Assembly (NCBI RefSeq): GCF_000143415.4
Contig: NW_003314273.1
Location: forward strand, 1,064,074 to 1,128,073
DNA length: 64,000 bases
Source of the DNA: Selaginella moellendorffii
Lineage: Eukaryota > Plantae > Lycopodiophyta
Direction: 5' to 3'
In this document: in pieces, positions 11,100-22,960 of the stretch
Numbering within the stretch: the first letter of the stretch is position 1
How the letters are laid out: every line of letters starts with the position of its first letter
Translations under genes and position numbers: made by a program
The notes under the pieces: generated by a model
Database searches by the model: none
Told to the model about the DNA's origin: nothing
What the model saw: only the letters and a program-made list of their open reading frames with translations

Positions 11100-13367
11100 A
11101 TGGTGCGGCGCCATGGCTGGCAGCTCCCTGCCCATGCGTTCCAGGTATGTGGCTTGTGGCGGCTGGAGATCTGCTCATGGCATCCTTTGCATTCCAGGTG
11201 GTTGCCATCACGCTCTTTTTCCTCCTCGCGATTGCATTCTATGTGTTTGTGGCTCCTTTCCTGGGCAGTAGCAGCCTGGAATACGCTTCAATCGCGCTCT
11301 ACACCCCCGTGGTATGTGTATCCCCCTCGCACCTCTTGTGCTCGCCCGCTAACGCTCTTGCATCTAGGCCTTGGCGGTGTTTCTGCTCTACATTCGCTGC
11401 TCGGCCATCGATCCGTCCGACTCCGGGATCTTCACTGGTCACAAGGGCTTCCGCACATACGAGAAGAAGCACGTCTTGTCAGCGCTGCCCCTCTCCTCGC
11501 CCGGAGACAAGTTTTCGAGCGCTGAGGCAGGAGGTGGAGGGTGGATCCCCGAGCAGCCTGCGCCGCACTTCCTGGTGTGTGCATGCTTCGCTGCCGACGA
11601 CGGCTGCAGGAGCAGCCCAAGCCCCGACCCCGTGACCGACGAGGACATGCTCTTTTGCACCCTGTGCAATGCCGAGGTAATCGTCAGGACTTAGCTATGT
11701 GTGCATGGCATTTACCATTGTTTCTACCTAGGTGCGCAAGTTCAGCAAGCATTGCAGGAGCTGTGACAAGTGCGTTGACGGCTTCGACCACCACTGTCGC
11801 GTAAGTAGGGTCGCTTGAGATTTAGAAAGGACTCAGACAAACGGTGGTTTCCTCGTCTCAGTGGCTTAACAACTGCGTGGGGAAGAAGAACTACGTGACT
11901 TTTGTTTCGCTCATGGCTACCAGCCTCACCCTGGTTGGTACATGCATCCTTACACTCCGCATCCTGCCATCTCAAGCTCAATCGTTTGTGCAGCTTATGC
12001 TTGAGTGGGGCATGGGGACGGCCGTCTTAGTCCAGTGCTTTGTTAACAAGAGAGCCACTCAAGAGGAGATTGCAAGAAAGCTAGGCGACAGCTTCACCAG
12101 GGCCCCGTTTGCAACTGTTGTGGTAACGTAGTGCACGTACCTGAGTCCATCTCTTTTGACTCTCTTTTTGCAAATGCAGCTCTGTTGCACACTTGTCTCT
12201 TTGCTAGCGTCTTTACCGCTCGGGGAGCTCTTCTTCTTCCATGTTATTTTAATCCGAAAGGTACTCCCCGTTGTTTACTCTCGGTCGTTTGGCTTTCCCT
12301 GAAACTTGTGGTTGGATCTTGCCAGGGAATTTCGACGTACGAGTATGTGGTAGCAATGAGGGCCCAAAGCGAGGGCCAAGGTGCTTCAAACGACGGTGAC
12401 GGTGCCAGTGCTCCTTCATCTCCCACCAGCTCAAACGCAACCGGCTTAAGCGTATCCAGCTCGTTGAATTTGGGCCTGCAATACAGGGGTGCCTGGTGTA
12501 CACCTCCCAGAATATTTGTGGACGAGGTATTTGATGACTTGCCGTTTGCACTCTGGACTGACGGGATACTCTTTACCTTGTCAGGATGAGATTGTCCCAC
12601 ATTTGGGGCCTGGTAAGTTGTCCTCGACGCAAGATCCCGACACCGTCAGCTCCATTAGCAGGCGAGAGTCGAGGTCACAAAAACGCACTGTCAAGATCAG
12701 TGCGTGGAGGCTGGCCAAGCTAAACCCGGACGAGGCTGCCAAGGCGGTGCTGAAGGCGAGAGCAAGCTCGTCTACCTTACGCCCAGTAGCGGCAGCTGGT
12801 TCTCACAAAGACGTGAAGATATCAGAGACGGAGTATGGTACCAGCAGCAACGTGAGCACGAGAAGCAGCCTGAGCAACATTGAGATGTATGGGAAGAGGT
12901 ATGCCCCGGGGCTTCCCCCGTCCTCCAAGTTGAAGCTTGCTAAAGGCATAGGGAGCGGTTATAGCAGCCCGAGCTGTTCAATGAGTGGCTCGGGGCGGCT
13001 GAGCCCGCTCGTTAACGAGAAGAAGTGCAGCAGCAGAGAGAGGCAGTGGCTAACAAGCGACGGGTATGAAGCATCGGGTGGCGAGAGCGTGGATCGGACG
13101 AGTCACAACGCGACGATTCCCAGCATTGCGGCAACGGGCGCGGCAAGAGGAGTAGCCGACACCCTCAGGCCTGCATCCGACAAGCTCTTGTACAGCGGGT
13201 CATCGATATTCTACGGGGGCCCAATGGTGACGCCAACCACAGACAGGGCTAGAGAAGATGCGAGTGCTCCCACTTCCTTGGTTCAGCAGCAGCAGGATAC
13301 AAGGCTGTTAACTCGGAGCAGCGTTGCACGCTCGCAGCAATCCCCAGTATTTGTTCCACGGCACTGA
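11100..13367 (+). CDS. DHHC-type protein S-acyltransferase (PAT19/20/22 clade)
   Basis: [84 protein letters not shown]. Confidence 0.94.
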
Positions 13368-13436
13368 TCAAAAGAACAATTATTTTGTTTTAGGTAATGC
13401 TCCTTCTATGTGAAACGAAGCAGAGGATATGGGGGG

Positions 13437-15845
13437 ATGCTCCTTGGCCGTCTGGGAAAGCACAGGGTTGCGGGCTTGAGAGGAGCAGAAGGTAGATGTT
13501 GGGCTTCGTTTAGCTCTGGCACAGGCATTGCTGAGATCGGCGAGATCACAAACATTCTGTGTAATGGCGGCTTGAGTGTGGAAGACAAGCGGGCTGCACT
13601 AGGTAGCCTCAACTTGAGCCTTTCCAAGGGACTCGTTGCTCACATTGTCAAGAAGATCAAGGACGACGCCGGCGCCGCCTTCCTGTTTCTCAGATGGGCT
13701 GCAACTGCACAGGCAGAGGTGAGCTACAGCAGCTACGCCCGGGTGATTGTGGGCCTGGCCAAGGCTTGGCAGTTCGAGCAAATGTGGGATCTTATGGAGG
13801 AGATGGACAAGCGTGCTCATCTTCACATACCCGCAGGCATCTTCTCCACCGTGATCAAGTGCTATGGCCGAGCCGGCGATGTGAAAGGTGCAGTGGCCAC
13901 CTTGAAGAGGATGAGCGATGACTTCTCGTGCACCCCAGTGGCGAGGACTTACGAGGCTCTCATCCGAGTTGTCATGGACGCAGGTCAATGCGACACCGCG
14001 CTGTCCGTTTACCGAGCTATGGTTGACACGACGCGACTGTTTCCCACACATCGCATTTGCAAGGCCATTCTTGGTGGATTGGGCCTTGCTGGTGAGGTTG
14101 AATCGGCCACCACGTTCCTGGCCAGCCTCGACTGCATGGGCCTCATGCATGACGACAACACGAGCGCGAGGCTCCACAACGCGCTCATCCGAGGCTTTGT
14201 CGAGGCAGGGGAGGTGGAGGCCGCTCTTGGGACTTTCCTGACCATACGCGCCCAGGCCGACCGCGTCACCTACAACCTTGTGGCTCTGGGCTGCTGCAGA
14301 TCAGGGAGGCTGGATACGTGTGTGGAGATCTACCAGGAGATGAGGAGCAGAGGCTTCCGTGTCAGCCACCTCGCCTTCAACTCTCTGGTGTGCGGCCTGT
14401 GCAAAGCCGGGAGAACGGACGAGGCATGGGACGTACTGGGCAAGAGCAGGCCTTCAGCTTGCGCGGATGCTGTCACCTTGTCCACTGTTATCCACGCGTT
14501 GTGCTCAAGCGATTGCGACCGGGCGCTGGAGCTGATGCGGGCCATGCAAGCGCAGCGGGTTCCCCCGAACGTGGTCACCTACACCAGTGTCATTGACGGG
14601 CTTTGCAAGGCGGGCAGGCGTGATGCCGCCATGGTGCTGCTCCAGCAAATGCAGGCAGCCGGCTGCAGCCCCAACACCGTCACATACAACTGCCTCATCC
14701 ATAGCCTGTGCAAGGCCGGCAAGCTGGAAGACGCGTTCGCGCTCTTGAGAGGCATGCCCAGCAAAGGGTGCACACCCTCCATCAACAACAAGAATACGCT
14801 CGTGAGTGGGATATGCAAGCATGCAATCATGGAGCGGCAGCGCCGGGAGTTTGGAAAGCTTGGCCAGGCGCTCTTCTCCGAGGCCATGCAAGAGTCATAC
14901 TCGGTGGAGGAGGACACTCTGGCTCTGTTCTACACCTGCCTGGAGCACATGTTTGGGAGCAACGGGGATCGTCCAGACAAGCGCACCTACAGCATTGTCA
15001 TCCACTTTCTGTGCAAGGCGGACAAAGTGCTGGAAGCCGCCCGGGTGTGGAGGGCGATGGTGAAGAGGCTTGGTCAGGTGGATGCGGTCACGTACAACAG
15101 CTTCCTCTATGGCCTGCTCAAGCTCAACGACCTGAGTGAAGCTGCAAGGCTGTTTAGCGAGATCGACAAGCCCACCCTTGTGAGCTACTCTCTCCTCGTA
15201 CACGCCTACTTCAAGGCCGGAGACCTGAGCAAGGTCGAAGAAGTGTACCAAGCAGCAACAGGCCAGGGGCTGAGGCCGGATCTCGCCCTCTACAACATCG
15301 TGCTCCACGGCTTGTCCGGGGCCAAGCAGGAAGCTGGGGTGGCGCACTTGTGGGCCGAGATGTTAAACAACGGCGTCTCCCCTTCAGTGGCCACTTACAC
15401 CATCCTCATTCACGCCCTCTGCCGTGACAATCGCCTGCAAGCAGCCCGGCAGATTATTGACAAGATGAAGGGCCAAGGCGTCCTGCCCGACGCCATTACG
15501 TACAACACGCTCCTTCACTGCTTGTGCAAGAACGAGCTCCTGGATGAAGCACGCTTGCTTCTCCGCGAGATGAAGCAGCATTGCAGCTACACACCCGCAA
15601 CCTGGAATATTGTCATTGACGGAATACTGGAGCAACGGGACCCGGGAGTTGCCCAACGCATTTTCTCACAACTCATCAGAGACGGCTTCTTCCCAGCGCA
15701 TTTGACTTATGACGCGTTCGTTGCCCGCGTGTTGCGTGGACAAGATGAAGTCCCTCCAGTAGCAACGAAGGGCCCAGAGGTGAAAAGGTCGGATGTCATC
15801 CTGTCCTTCGGGTATAGCCGCATAGTGGGGTTCTTCCTGGAATGA
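13437..15845 (+). CDS. P-class pentatricopeptide repeat protein, intronless, organelle-targeted
   Basis: Many 35-aa repeats (PNVVTYTSVIDGLCKAGR, PNTVTYNCLIHSLCKAGK, PDAITYNTLLHCLCK). No E/DYW domain. First in-frame ATG at 13437. Confidence 0.93.
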   Translation: MLLGRLGKHRVAGLRGAEGRCWASFSSGTGIAEIGEITNILCNGGLSVEDKRAALGSLNLSLSKGLVAHIVKKIKDDAGAAFLFLRWAATAQAEVSYSSYARVIVGLAKAWQFEQMWDLMEEMDKRAHLHIPAGIFSTVIKCYGRAGDVKGAVATLKRMSDDFSCTPVARTYEALIRVVMDAGQCDTALSVYRAMVDTTRLFPTHRICKAILGGLGLAGEVESATTFLASLDCMGLMHDDNTSARLHNALIRGFVEAGEVEAALGTFLTIRAQADRVTYNLVALGCCRSGRLDTCVEIYQEMRSRGFRVSHLAFNSLVCGLCKAGRTDEAWDVLGKSRPSACADAVTLSTVIHALCSSDCDRALELMRAMQAQRVPPNVVTYTSVIDGLCKAGRRDAAMVLLQQMQAAGCSPNTVTYNCLIHSLCKAGKLEDAFALLRGMPSKGCTPSINNKNTLVSGICKHAIMERQRREFGKLGQALFSEAMQESYSVEEDTLALFYTCLEHMFGSNGDRPDKRTYSIVIHFLCKADKVLEAARVWRAMVKRLGQVDAVTYNSFLYGLLKLNDLSEAARLFSEIDKPTLVSYSLLVHAYFKAGDLSKVEEVYQAATGQGLRPDLALYNIVLHGLSGAKQEAGVAHLWAEMLNNGVSPSVATYTILIHALCRDNRLQAARQIIDKMKGQGVLPDAITYNTLLHCLCKNELLDEARLLLREMKQHCSYTPATWNIVIDGILEQRDPGVAQRIFSQLIRDGFFPAHLTYDAFVARVLRGQDEVPPVATKGPEVKRSDVILSFGYSRIVGFFLE

Positions 15846-15909
15846 AACCACTCGCAGACTTGTGCCGGCTTGTAAGATTGTCTTTCTTACCGCGACCTCA
15901 ATTGGACCA

Positions 15910-18157
15910 TCACTTTATGCTAGCAATGAAGCTCTTCAACTGCCTCACTCGTGCTTGGTGCTTTAAGTCGTCGTCATCGTTATCTGAGGCTTCAACGAGA
16001 TGAATGCCCTTGCCCAGCGGGGTCGTGAGATCAATCACCTCCAGCCTACTAGCGTCATTCTGCTTGATGTGGTGGAAGGCGTCGATGATGGAAGGCGTCT
16101 CCCCGTCGTCTTTCACTTCCATCATTGTCTTCCAGTCGTCTTTTACCGCCATCTTGTTCATGCTTGTCTTCCCGTCTTCCACCGTCATCTTATTCAGCCT
16201 TCCACACAGGTCGCTGGTCACCAAATCATTTGGACGCCTTGTGCTCTTGCCGCCTTTGAGGGCCAACTTGGCCATGAACTCTGCGACCTTGGAGGGGTAG
16301 GCTCTGGGATGCAGCGCAGTGTTAGGTGCTGATGAACAAACAAAACGGTGGCATACCTCTGTACGAGTTCGGCACGAACAGCGCTACTAGGAATGTCAGG
16401 ATTTCCAACCCATTTCACTTCGTAGTGATCCACGCCCCGAAGCTGCCGCTTCTTGACAATTTCTGAGATTTTGAATTGAAGTCCCGCCAAGTTTACCCCG
16501 GAACTGGCTGCTTGCATGGATGCCATCCTATGCACGTCTCGCTCAGCCAGTTTTGGAAGAATGTAATCGTCTGCATCAAAGTTAGCAATACTAGACTGTC
16601 CTGTAAAGGAAGGATATCGTGGCTGACCTGTTTTCTCAAAAGACCATTCGAATTCTTGCATGCATATTCTTCTGATGGTATCCATTTGGAGAGGTCCACC
16701 CAGTAGCACGCTGCAACAGAAACCCGGCTCTCGTCTTTGTTTATCAGCATATTTACTTGCCTGTGTACAGCCTCAGATGTTTGGGCGTGGCATTTTGGAT
16801 GGGTATAAGCAAATATGGCCTTGCAAGCCATGTTGTCGTCTTCAGAAAAACCATGAGCTGCTACACACGTCCAATGTCAAAGGCCACAAAGCAGTGCCTT
16901 GTTAGTTACTTTTACCGTCGCTAGATACCGTCGAGTTTTCTTTATCTTTGCATTTTAACGTCCTCTTAGCCAACGTTACGGGACCTTGACGGAGCATCTC
17001 TTCGAGAATTTTGTCTTCGCCAAACTTTTTGACTATCTGCTGGGCTTTCTCCTGTAAAATGAAACGAGTGGCATTCTAGACACTCTTAGGAAAACGGCTG
17101 CGTACCGGTCCCAACCCGTGCACGCCAGGAAAATAGTCGCATCCCAGCAGGATTCCGAGAGCAATCTGTGCGATGATCAGTTAGAAAAGAAATTAGCGTG
17201 GCATACCAGAGAGTTCCTGCCGTATCCAAATGCATTTCGGATCTTTGTCATGTCATATGCTACAACGTGGCTTTCACCTGCATAGAAAGTGAAGACTATC
17301 ATTTTGAATGGAGCACCACCTGACCTGGCTTGAGACTTATATCCTTATACACGACTTTGGCACCAAAGAGGAGCGCGTCCGAGTCCGCGGTGAAACAAGC
17401 GTCCTGCGGGAGCGCGCATGTTTGTTTATACATTTTGGGAAGAACAAGACGGAGCAGCTTACGGCAAAGCCCATAGCATTGAGTGCCGCGCACTGAGCTT
17501 CAGCTTCCTCGAGGCTAGATAGGTGTTTGGAAGAATGAGCAACATATTTTCGAGAGTGAAAGAAGTACCTGACGAGGCATGGGATACCAAATGCGGTGGC
17601 TAGCGCCGTGGCGTCCTCCACCATGCGACCAAACTGTGAGCCCTTGTTACGCTTGAGCGGTAGGCCGGCAACCTGGTTGGGCATTTGCGTGACATACGAC
17701 AGCAAGAGATGAAGGGACGCACAGACCTGTCTTTGCGGACGAAGAGGCTGGCGCGCCCTGGCGAGACGCTGCACATAGGTGCCAGCTTTGGCGGCGGGGA
17801 CAGCTCCATCTGTGCCCGTGACTGTGAGGTTTAAAAGAAGTGTAGCCTGGGCAAGAGGCAGAGGCGCACACCAGTAACGAAGATGAGATGGCAGTTGAGG
17901 GCGAGGAGCGCCCGAATCCTGTGAAACAGGCCCCGTAGATGCGGCTTGTCCTTGACAGCGCCGCCATTCACCTTGTTGAGCTGGATGATCCAATATGACA
18001 GATCAATGCAGACGCCTTGTCCCCTGGGCAAGCATTTGGCGGCGGTGAGTAGAGCAACACAATCAGGGAGGGAGGGAGCAAGGGCCTACACGAGCAAGTC
18101 GAGCGGGACCCGCTCCTTGGCGGGCTCCAATATCTCCCACAACTTGTGCACACCCAT
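15910..18157 (-). CDS. SEND1: XPG/Rad2-family nuclease, SEND1/GEN-like Holliday junction resolvase with chromo-like domain
   Basis: MGVHKLWEILEP, VCIDLSYWI, LRGLFHRIRALLALNC, DGAVP, EEAEAQCAAL, FTADSDALLFGA, LLGCDYFPGVHGLG, IVKKRQLRGVDHYEVKW. Confidence 0.88.
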
Positions 18158-18217
18158 GGGTCAAAGCCCTAGGCTAGGTTGCGCGTTGTTCGTCATAGGG
18201 CAGAGCGGTAGAGCGGC

Positions 18218-19231
18218 ATGGACATGGATGTGGAGGAGATGCAGTTCCTGGGCTTCTTTGGCTTCTTCAAGGAATCGTTCAAGCTGCTGGTGCGCCATGC
18301 CCGATTGATGGCCTGGTTTGCGCTGATTCTGGTACTGCCGCTGTCTTTTGCGCTGCTGGGGCACACGCTCGTCACAGATCCGCTGCTCAACCGGATACGG
18401 CTCAACGAGGAGATGCTTGCGGTGGAGAGGAGCGATGGCCACAGCGCCGCCGCCGTCCACACGCGGAGGGAGCTCTACTCGGAGTTTGGCAGGCTCGGCA
18501 CCCTCCTGCTCGCCTACCTCGTCTTCGTGCTCGCCTTCTCGCTGCTGTCCACGGCGGCGGTGGTGTACAGCGTAGCATGCATATACGTGGACAAGAGCGT
18601 GACGGTGGCCAAGGTACTAGGCGTGGTGCCCCGGGTGTGGAAGCGGCTCATGGTAACCTTCTTGTGGGTGTTCCTCATCATGTTTGCGTACCACGTCACC
18701 TTCATCGTCTCCGTTGGGCTGCTGCTGGTGGCGCTGGGCAGCGTGCCCGCCCTCTTGCTCCCGCTGCTGCTGCTGCTGGCGCTCGCCTTCTTCGCCCTCC
18801 AGGTCTACCTCAACGTCATCTGGCACCTGGCCAGCGTCATCACGGTGCTGGAGGAGCACTATGGCATCGCGGCGCTCAAGAAAAGCGCCCGGGTGGTGAA
18901 GGGCAAGCGGATGGTCGGCTCATGCCTCGTCTTCACCCACATGGTCGCCTCGGGAATCATTGCGGCCCTGTTCCACGCCAGGGTGGTGAGCGCCAACTCG
19001 AGGCTGCCGTCGGCTGGGCCTCGCTTGTCGCTGGCGGCGCTGCTGGTGGCGCTGCTCACGCTCGTCAACCTGCTGGGGATGCTGCTGCAGAGCCTCTTTT
19101 ACTTCTCCGTCAAGTCGTTCCACCACGAGAGCATTGACCGGATGGTGTTGTCGGATCACCTGGACGCTTACATGGGGGAGTATGTGCCGCTCAAGGACCC
19201 CGACATCCAGATGGAGGTGATGGAGCCCTGA
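18218..19231 (+). CDS. Plant multi-pass membrane protein (At1g31130/At5g44860-like family), intronless
   Basis: EEMQFLGFFG..KES, LVLPLSFALL.H, FSLLSTAAVVY.VACIY, VWKRL.VTF, WHLASV..VLE..YG..A.KKS, KS.HHE.ID...DHL..Y.GEYVPL. Confidence 0.85.
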   Translation: MDMDVEEMQFLGFFGFFKESFKLLVRHARLMAWFALILVLPLSFALLGHTLVTDPLLNRIRLNEEMLAVERSDGHSAAAVHTRRELYSEFGRLGTLLLAYLVFVLAFSLLSTAAVVYSVACIYVDKSVTVAKVLGVVPRVWKRLMVTFLWVFLIMFAYHVTFIVSVGLLLVALGSVPALLLPLLLLLALAFFALQVYLNVIWHLASVITVLEEHYGIAALKKSARVVKGKRMVGSCLVFTHMVASGIIAALFHARVVSANSRLPSAGPRLSLAALLVALLTLVNLLGMLLQSLFYFSVKSFHHESIDRMVLSDHLDAYMGEYVPLKDPDIQMEVMEP

Positions 19232-19350
19232 ACCGAATTTGTGTTGTGTCTCTCGTGCTGTCGCTCAATTGAGTATACATACGTATAAAGACTTGATCCA
19301 CTCGCGGATGACCTAGGGTTTGCCCAAGTGGCTGTGTTGCGTTGCGCGCC

Positions 19351-20826
19351 ATGGACGATGATTTCGAGAAGCAGCTGGAACAGGTGTGTGCTTCCCCTGC
19401 CCGGCCGGCGGCCGCCCACTCTCACTTGCTGCTGCTGGCTGCTGCAGGTGAATCGTCTGCTGGCCAAGGAGCCACACAATGTGGAGTACCAGGAAATGGC
19501 CAAGCAACTGAGAGAGGTAAGCCGTTTGCCCTATAGCTTTGTGCGCCTGCGTGAGCGTGTGCGTGAGGTGTGGTAAACCCGCCTTGCTGGTGGCCTAAAG
19601 GAATCACCGGTATCTTGTTCAGGCACTACAGTTTTGGAGGAGAAGAAGGGAAGGAGATTGCTGAATTTATCTGTGGCACCAAACAAAAGGGGTATTGTTG
19701 GTCCGTTAACTTAGTACCAGGGTTTATAACCTCCTATCTCATCTGGACTGCGATTTCCCTCGCCTGCCAATTACTGTCGTAGTTACCGTCTTGTGTGTTG
19801 CCAGGTGATCCAATTGGCAAAACAAGTGGACGTGGACCTTGATGATGCAGAGGACCAGGATCAGCAGCAGCATCTTCAGCAACATGTTTTGTTTTCCCTT
19901 CTTCCTTTTCTCCTCTCGTGCACTCACTCTTATGGGCAGGAGGAGCAAGGAGAGCAGCAACACGAGGAGGACGAGGAGGACGAGGAGGAAGAGGCACATG
20001 AAACTATGGCGATTGGAACCAAGGTGCAGGCGGTATGGAGCGAAGACGGTGAATGGTATCGATAGCCTTTGTTTCTGTTTCTGAACCTCACGGACACTTC
20101 CTGTCAGGTACAACGGCACAATTCGCGCCGTCACACCAAATGGATACCTGGTGATGTACGACGGGTGGAACAATGAAGAGGAGGCAAGTGAACTTAGCGT
20201 TACGGGTTACACTTCACTCACGTTCTTTCGTGCATGCATGCTCAGGTAGATGCCGCCAACATTAGGCAAGTAAACCTTGACGACGACAAGCTTGTGGAGG
20301 CGGAAAGGGAAGCCGAGGCAACCAGGCAAGCCATAAAGCGAAAGATTGCATTGGCAGCCGACGTTGGAGTTGTTCCTAGAGATCTGCCGCAGAAGTTGAA
20401 GATAAAACCTGACGACCCTGAGGAAATTGTACGTCTCTGGTTCCTCGTCTGTTTCCCCGTACTAACACACCAGCGTGTGCCTCTTCCAGCGACAAGTCAA
20501 GAAGAAGAAGATTCATGCCTTCAAATCCAAGCTTCGGCTGGAGCAGATGGAAGTCGCCCAGAACAAGCGGCAGAATGCTTGGCAGCAGTTCCAGACAGCC
20601 AAAGGCAAATCAAAAAAGGTGAGCTTTGCATTGCTAGGAAGTGGACTGAAGCTACTTGCAGGTCGGCTTCTTTACAGGGCGCAAGAAGGAGAGTATATTC
20701 AAGTCTCCCGACGATCCCAGGGGGAAAGTGGGCGTTACGGGCAGCGGTAAGGGGATTACGGAGTTTCAAAAGCGTGAGAAACACCTACATCTCAAATTGG
20801 GTGTTGAAGGAGAGGTCGATGAGTGA
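19351..20826 (+). CDS. SPF30: Survival-of-motor-neuron-related splicing factor 30 (SMNDC1), Tudor domain
   Basis: GTKVQAVWSEDGEWYNGTI Tudor, KKKIHAFKSK.R.EQ.E..QNKRQNAWQQF, KESIFKSPDDP.GKVGVTGSGKG; ~8 exons. Confidence 0.93.
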
Positions 20827-20927
20827 AGCACGAGTAGAAAATTTTCTGAAAGATTTCCTTCTCATGGTCGGCAAATTCTAGTTCCTTAGAGAGACGCGAT
20901 GTAAGATCAAACTTAAAACTATGTGAC

Positions 20928-22906
20928 TCACGCGCTCGACAACTTTCTTTTGCGCCTTTTCTTCTCTACAAATGATGTCAAGCGAGTGCAAGCAACCTGC
21001 AGGTGCTCCGGTGGCATGGACGCATAGCAGACGCGGAAGAATCCTGGCTCAGCATAGTGGCATGCCTCTCCTGTTGTTTTTGTGAAAATATTTGAGAGGG
21101 AAAACTGTGCATATTAGACTTACCTGGAGTCAAGAGCACCTTACAGTCCTCGAGAATCTCCTTCCATAATGCTCGCTCGGCTTCAAACGTGCACTGGCTC
21201 AAGTGACCAAGTCAGGAACAAAAAAGAAGCTGCTGTGAAGCCTTACCTCGGTTAACAGACTTCGTAGGTCCAGCCAACAAAACATTGCTGCGCATGCAGG
21301 CATGTAGTTTAGCTTGACAGAAGTGAACGCACTTGTGAGAAGATTGTAGGAATTCTTCAAACGCCTGCAGACAAGTTGCTTGAGCTTTGGCAACTACAAG
21401 GAAGAACTTACCTCTTGTTTTCCTCCACGTAAAAGTCAACAAAGGTATCGTCTTGGAGCATGACTGCCAGAGCATGCTGTGTGTCGTTGGACACGGCTGC
21501 AAACATTCCCATGTTTTGCCATAGCTGCAAAAGAGAAGCGAGACGCTCGTTACAGACGGGGATTATCTTTTATATGGTAAGGTTACTCACATTCAAAAGG
21601 TCTCCGTTTTTCGTGTGAAGGCACCCCACCCGGAACCCGTTCATCCCGAAATCTTTGCTCATGCCATATGCTGTATGGACAAACTCGGCAACCATCTCGG
21701 GTGACAGAAGCTTTTCCTCCACGGCGTTTTGCGCCACCTTCTCCAAGCTCACAAACTCGTCCTCTGATGTGCTTTAGAAGAGCAAACAACAAGGTGAGCC
21801 AAAGTAAACGAAACGCATACCCAAACTTGGAATTGGCGTAGATTTCATCCGAAAGGACATGCATTTCCCTTCGAACAGCCCATAGCAAAAGCTCCTGCCA
21901 CCGGTGTCACACTTGAAATGTCATGGCAGAACAGCAAGTGTACCTTGAGTGTAGCTTCGGGATACAGTGTCCCCAGCGGGTTGCCAGGATTGGTGATGAG
22001 CAAAACTCTGGCGCGGACGTTTCTCTTTGCAGCCTCGTCAACAGCTGCATCCATCTCAGCAATGGTAGGAATGTACGTATGTGTGTCTTTAGGTTGCACC
22101 GGCAGCGGCGCTACCTCGTTCTGCATCGCAACGCAAGCATGAAAACGGTCCCAGACAGCGCTTGTAAAGTTACTCGAATGTTCATGTCATTGTCAAACGC
22201 TGGGAAGTAAGGGGCAGGAATCAAACAGCCATCTCCTGGGTCGCAGGTTGCAAAGAAGAAAAGATCGAGCACACTGTTAAAAGGCACAGCGGTGTGTGAG
22301 GGTGTTAGCCAGGCTCTTTGACAAGCTTACGCTGTGACACCACTTGAGATGCAAATGTGCGAGGGGTCGATCTGCAAGCAACGGAGGAGAGCGTGTTAGA
22401 GATTGTTGGACGACGACACAGGCCACCACCTCAACACCCATGAACGTCCTTTGCATCATCTTGGCGAGCGCATTTCTCAGTGCTTGTCCACCTCTAAAGT
22501 TGCTGTACAGCCCAGCTGTGGGTGGGATCTCCCTGCAGCTCCTGGGTGGGAATAAAACGAGGAATACAAGTGTAAGACTGGATTGAAAAGAAGTGCGCCA
22601 ACCTGATCTTGTCGTGGATTAAGTCGAAGGAGAGAACACTTTCTGCCGTTGCCATCTGCAAGCAGTGAGTGGAGCGGAGTAAGGCGAGGTGCCGGCCAGC
22701 GAGCGGGATGCCTACATACAGACCAGGAAGTAGCCATGGGGATTGGTAGGAGACCAGGCGAAGCTCTTGGCCTCGTTCATTGCTTGGATGTAGGGCGAGA
22801 AGGGGAGGAGTGCCTTGGTGCCCCTGGCCGACAGGCTCCTCGGCTGCCGATCCCCGCCTGTGCAACACGACGCCCCGCAGCTGCAGGAGCATCGGTGCTG
22901 CTCCAT
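20928..22906 (-). CDS. ACC synthase-like PLP-dependent class I/II aminotransferase-fold enzyme
   Basis: MATAES, IPAPYFPAFD.D, LLITNPGNPLG, HVLSDEIYA, YGMSKDFGMNGFRVG (PLP Lys), EPGFFRVCYA. Confidence 0.88.
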
Positions 22907-22960
22907 TGTCCCCCTTTGCTGCGCTGCGCAAACTTGCAGTACCTAGGTCATACAAGGTAG

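Noticed and set aside
2966-22906. ARD plus ACS-like as an ethylene/Yang-cycle cluster
   Set aside because: 17 kb apart with many unrelated genes between, and the ACS-like protein lacks canonical ACS residues.
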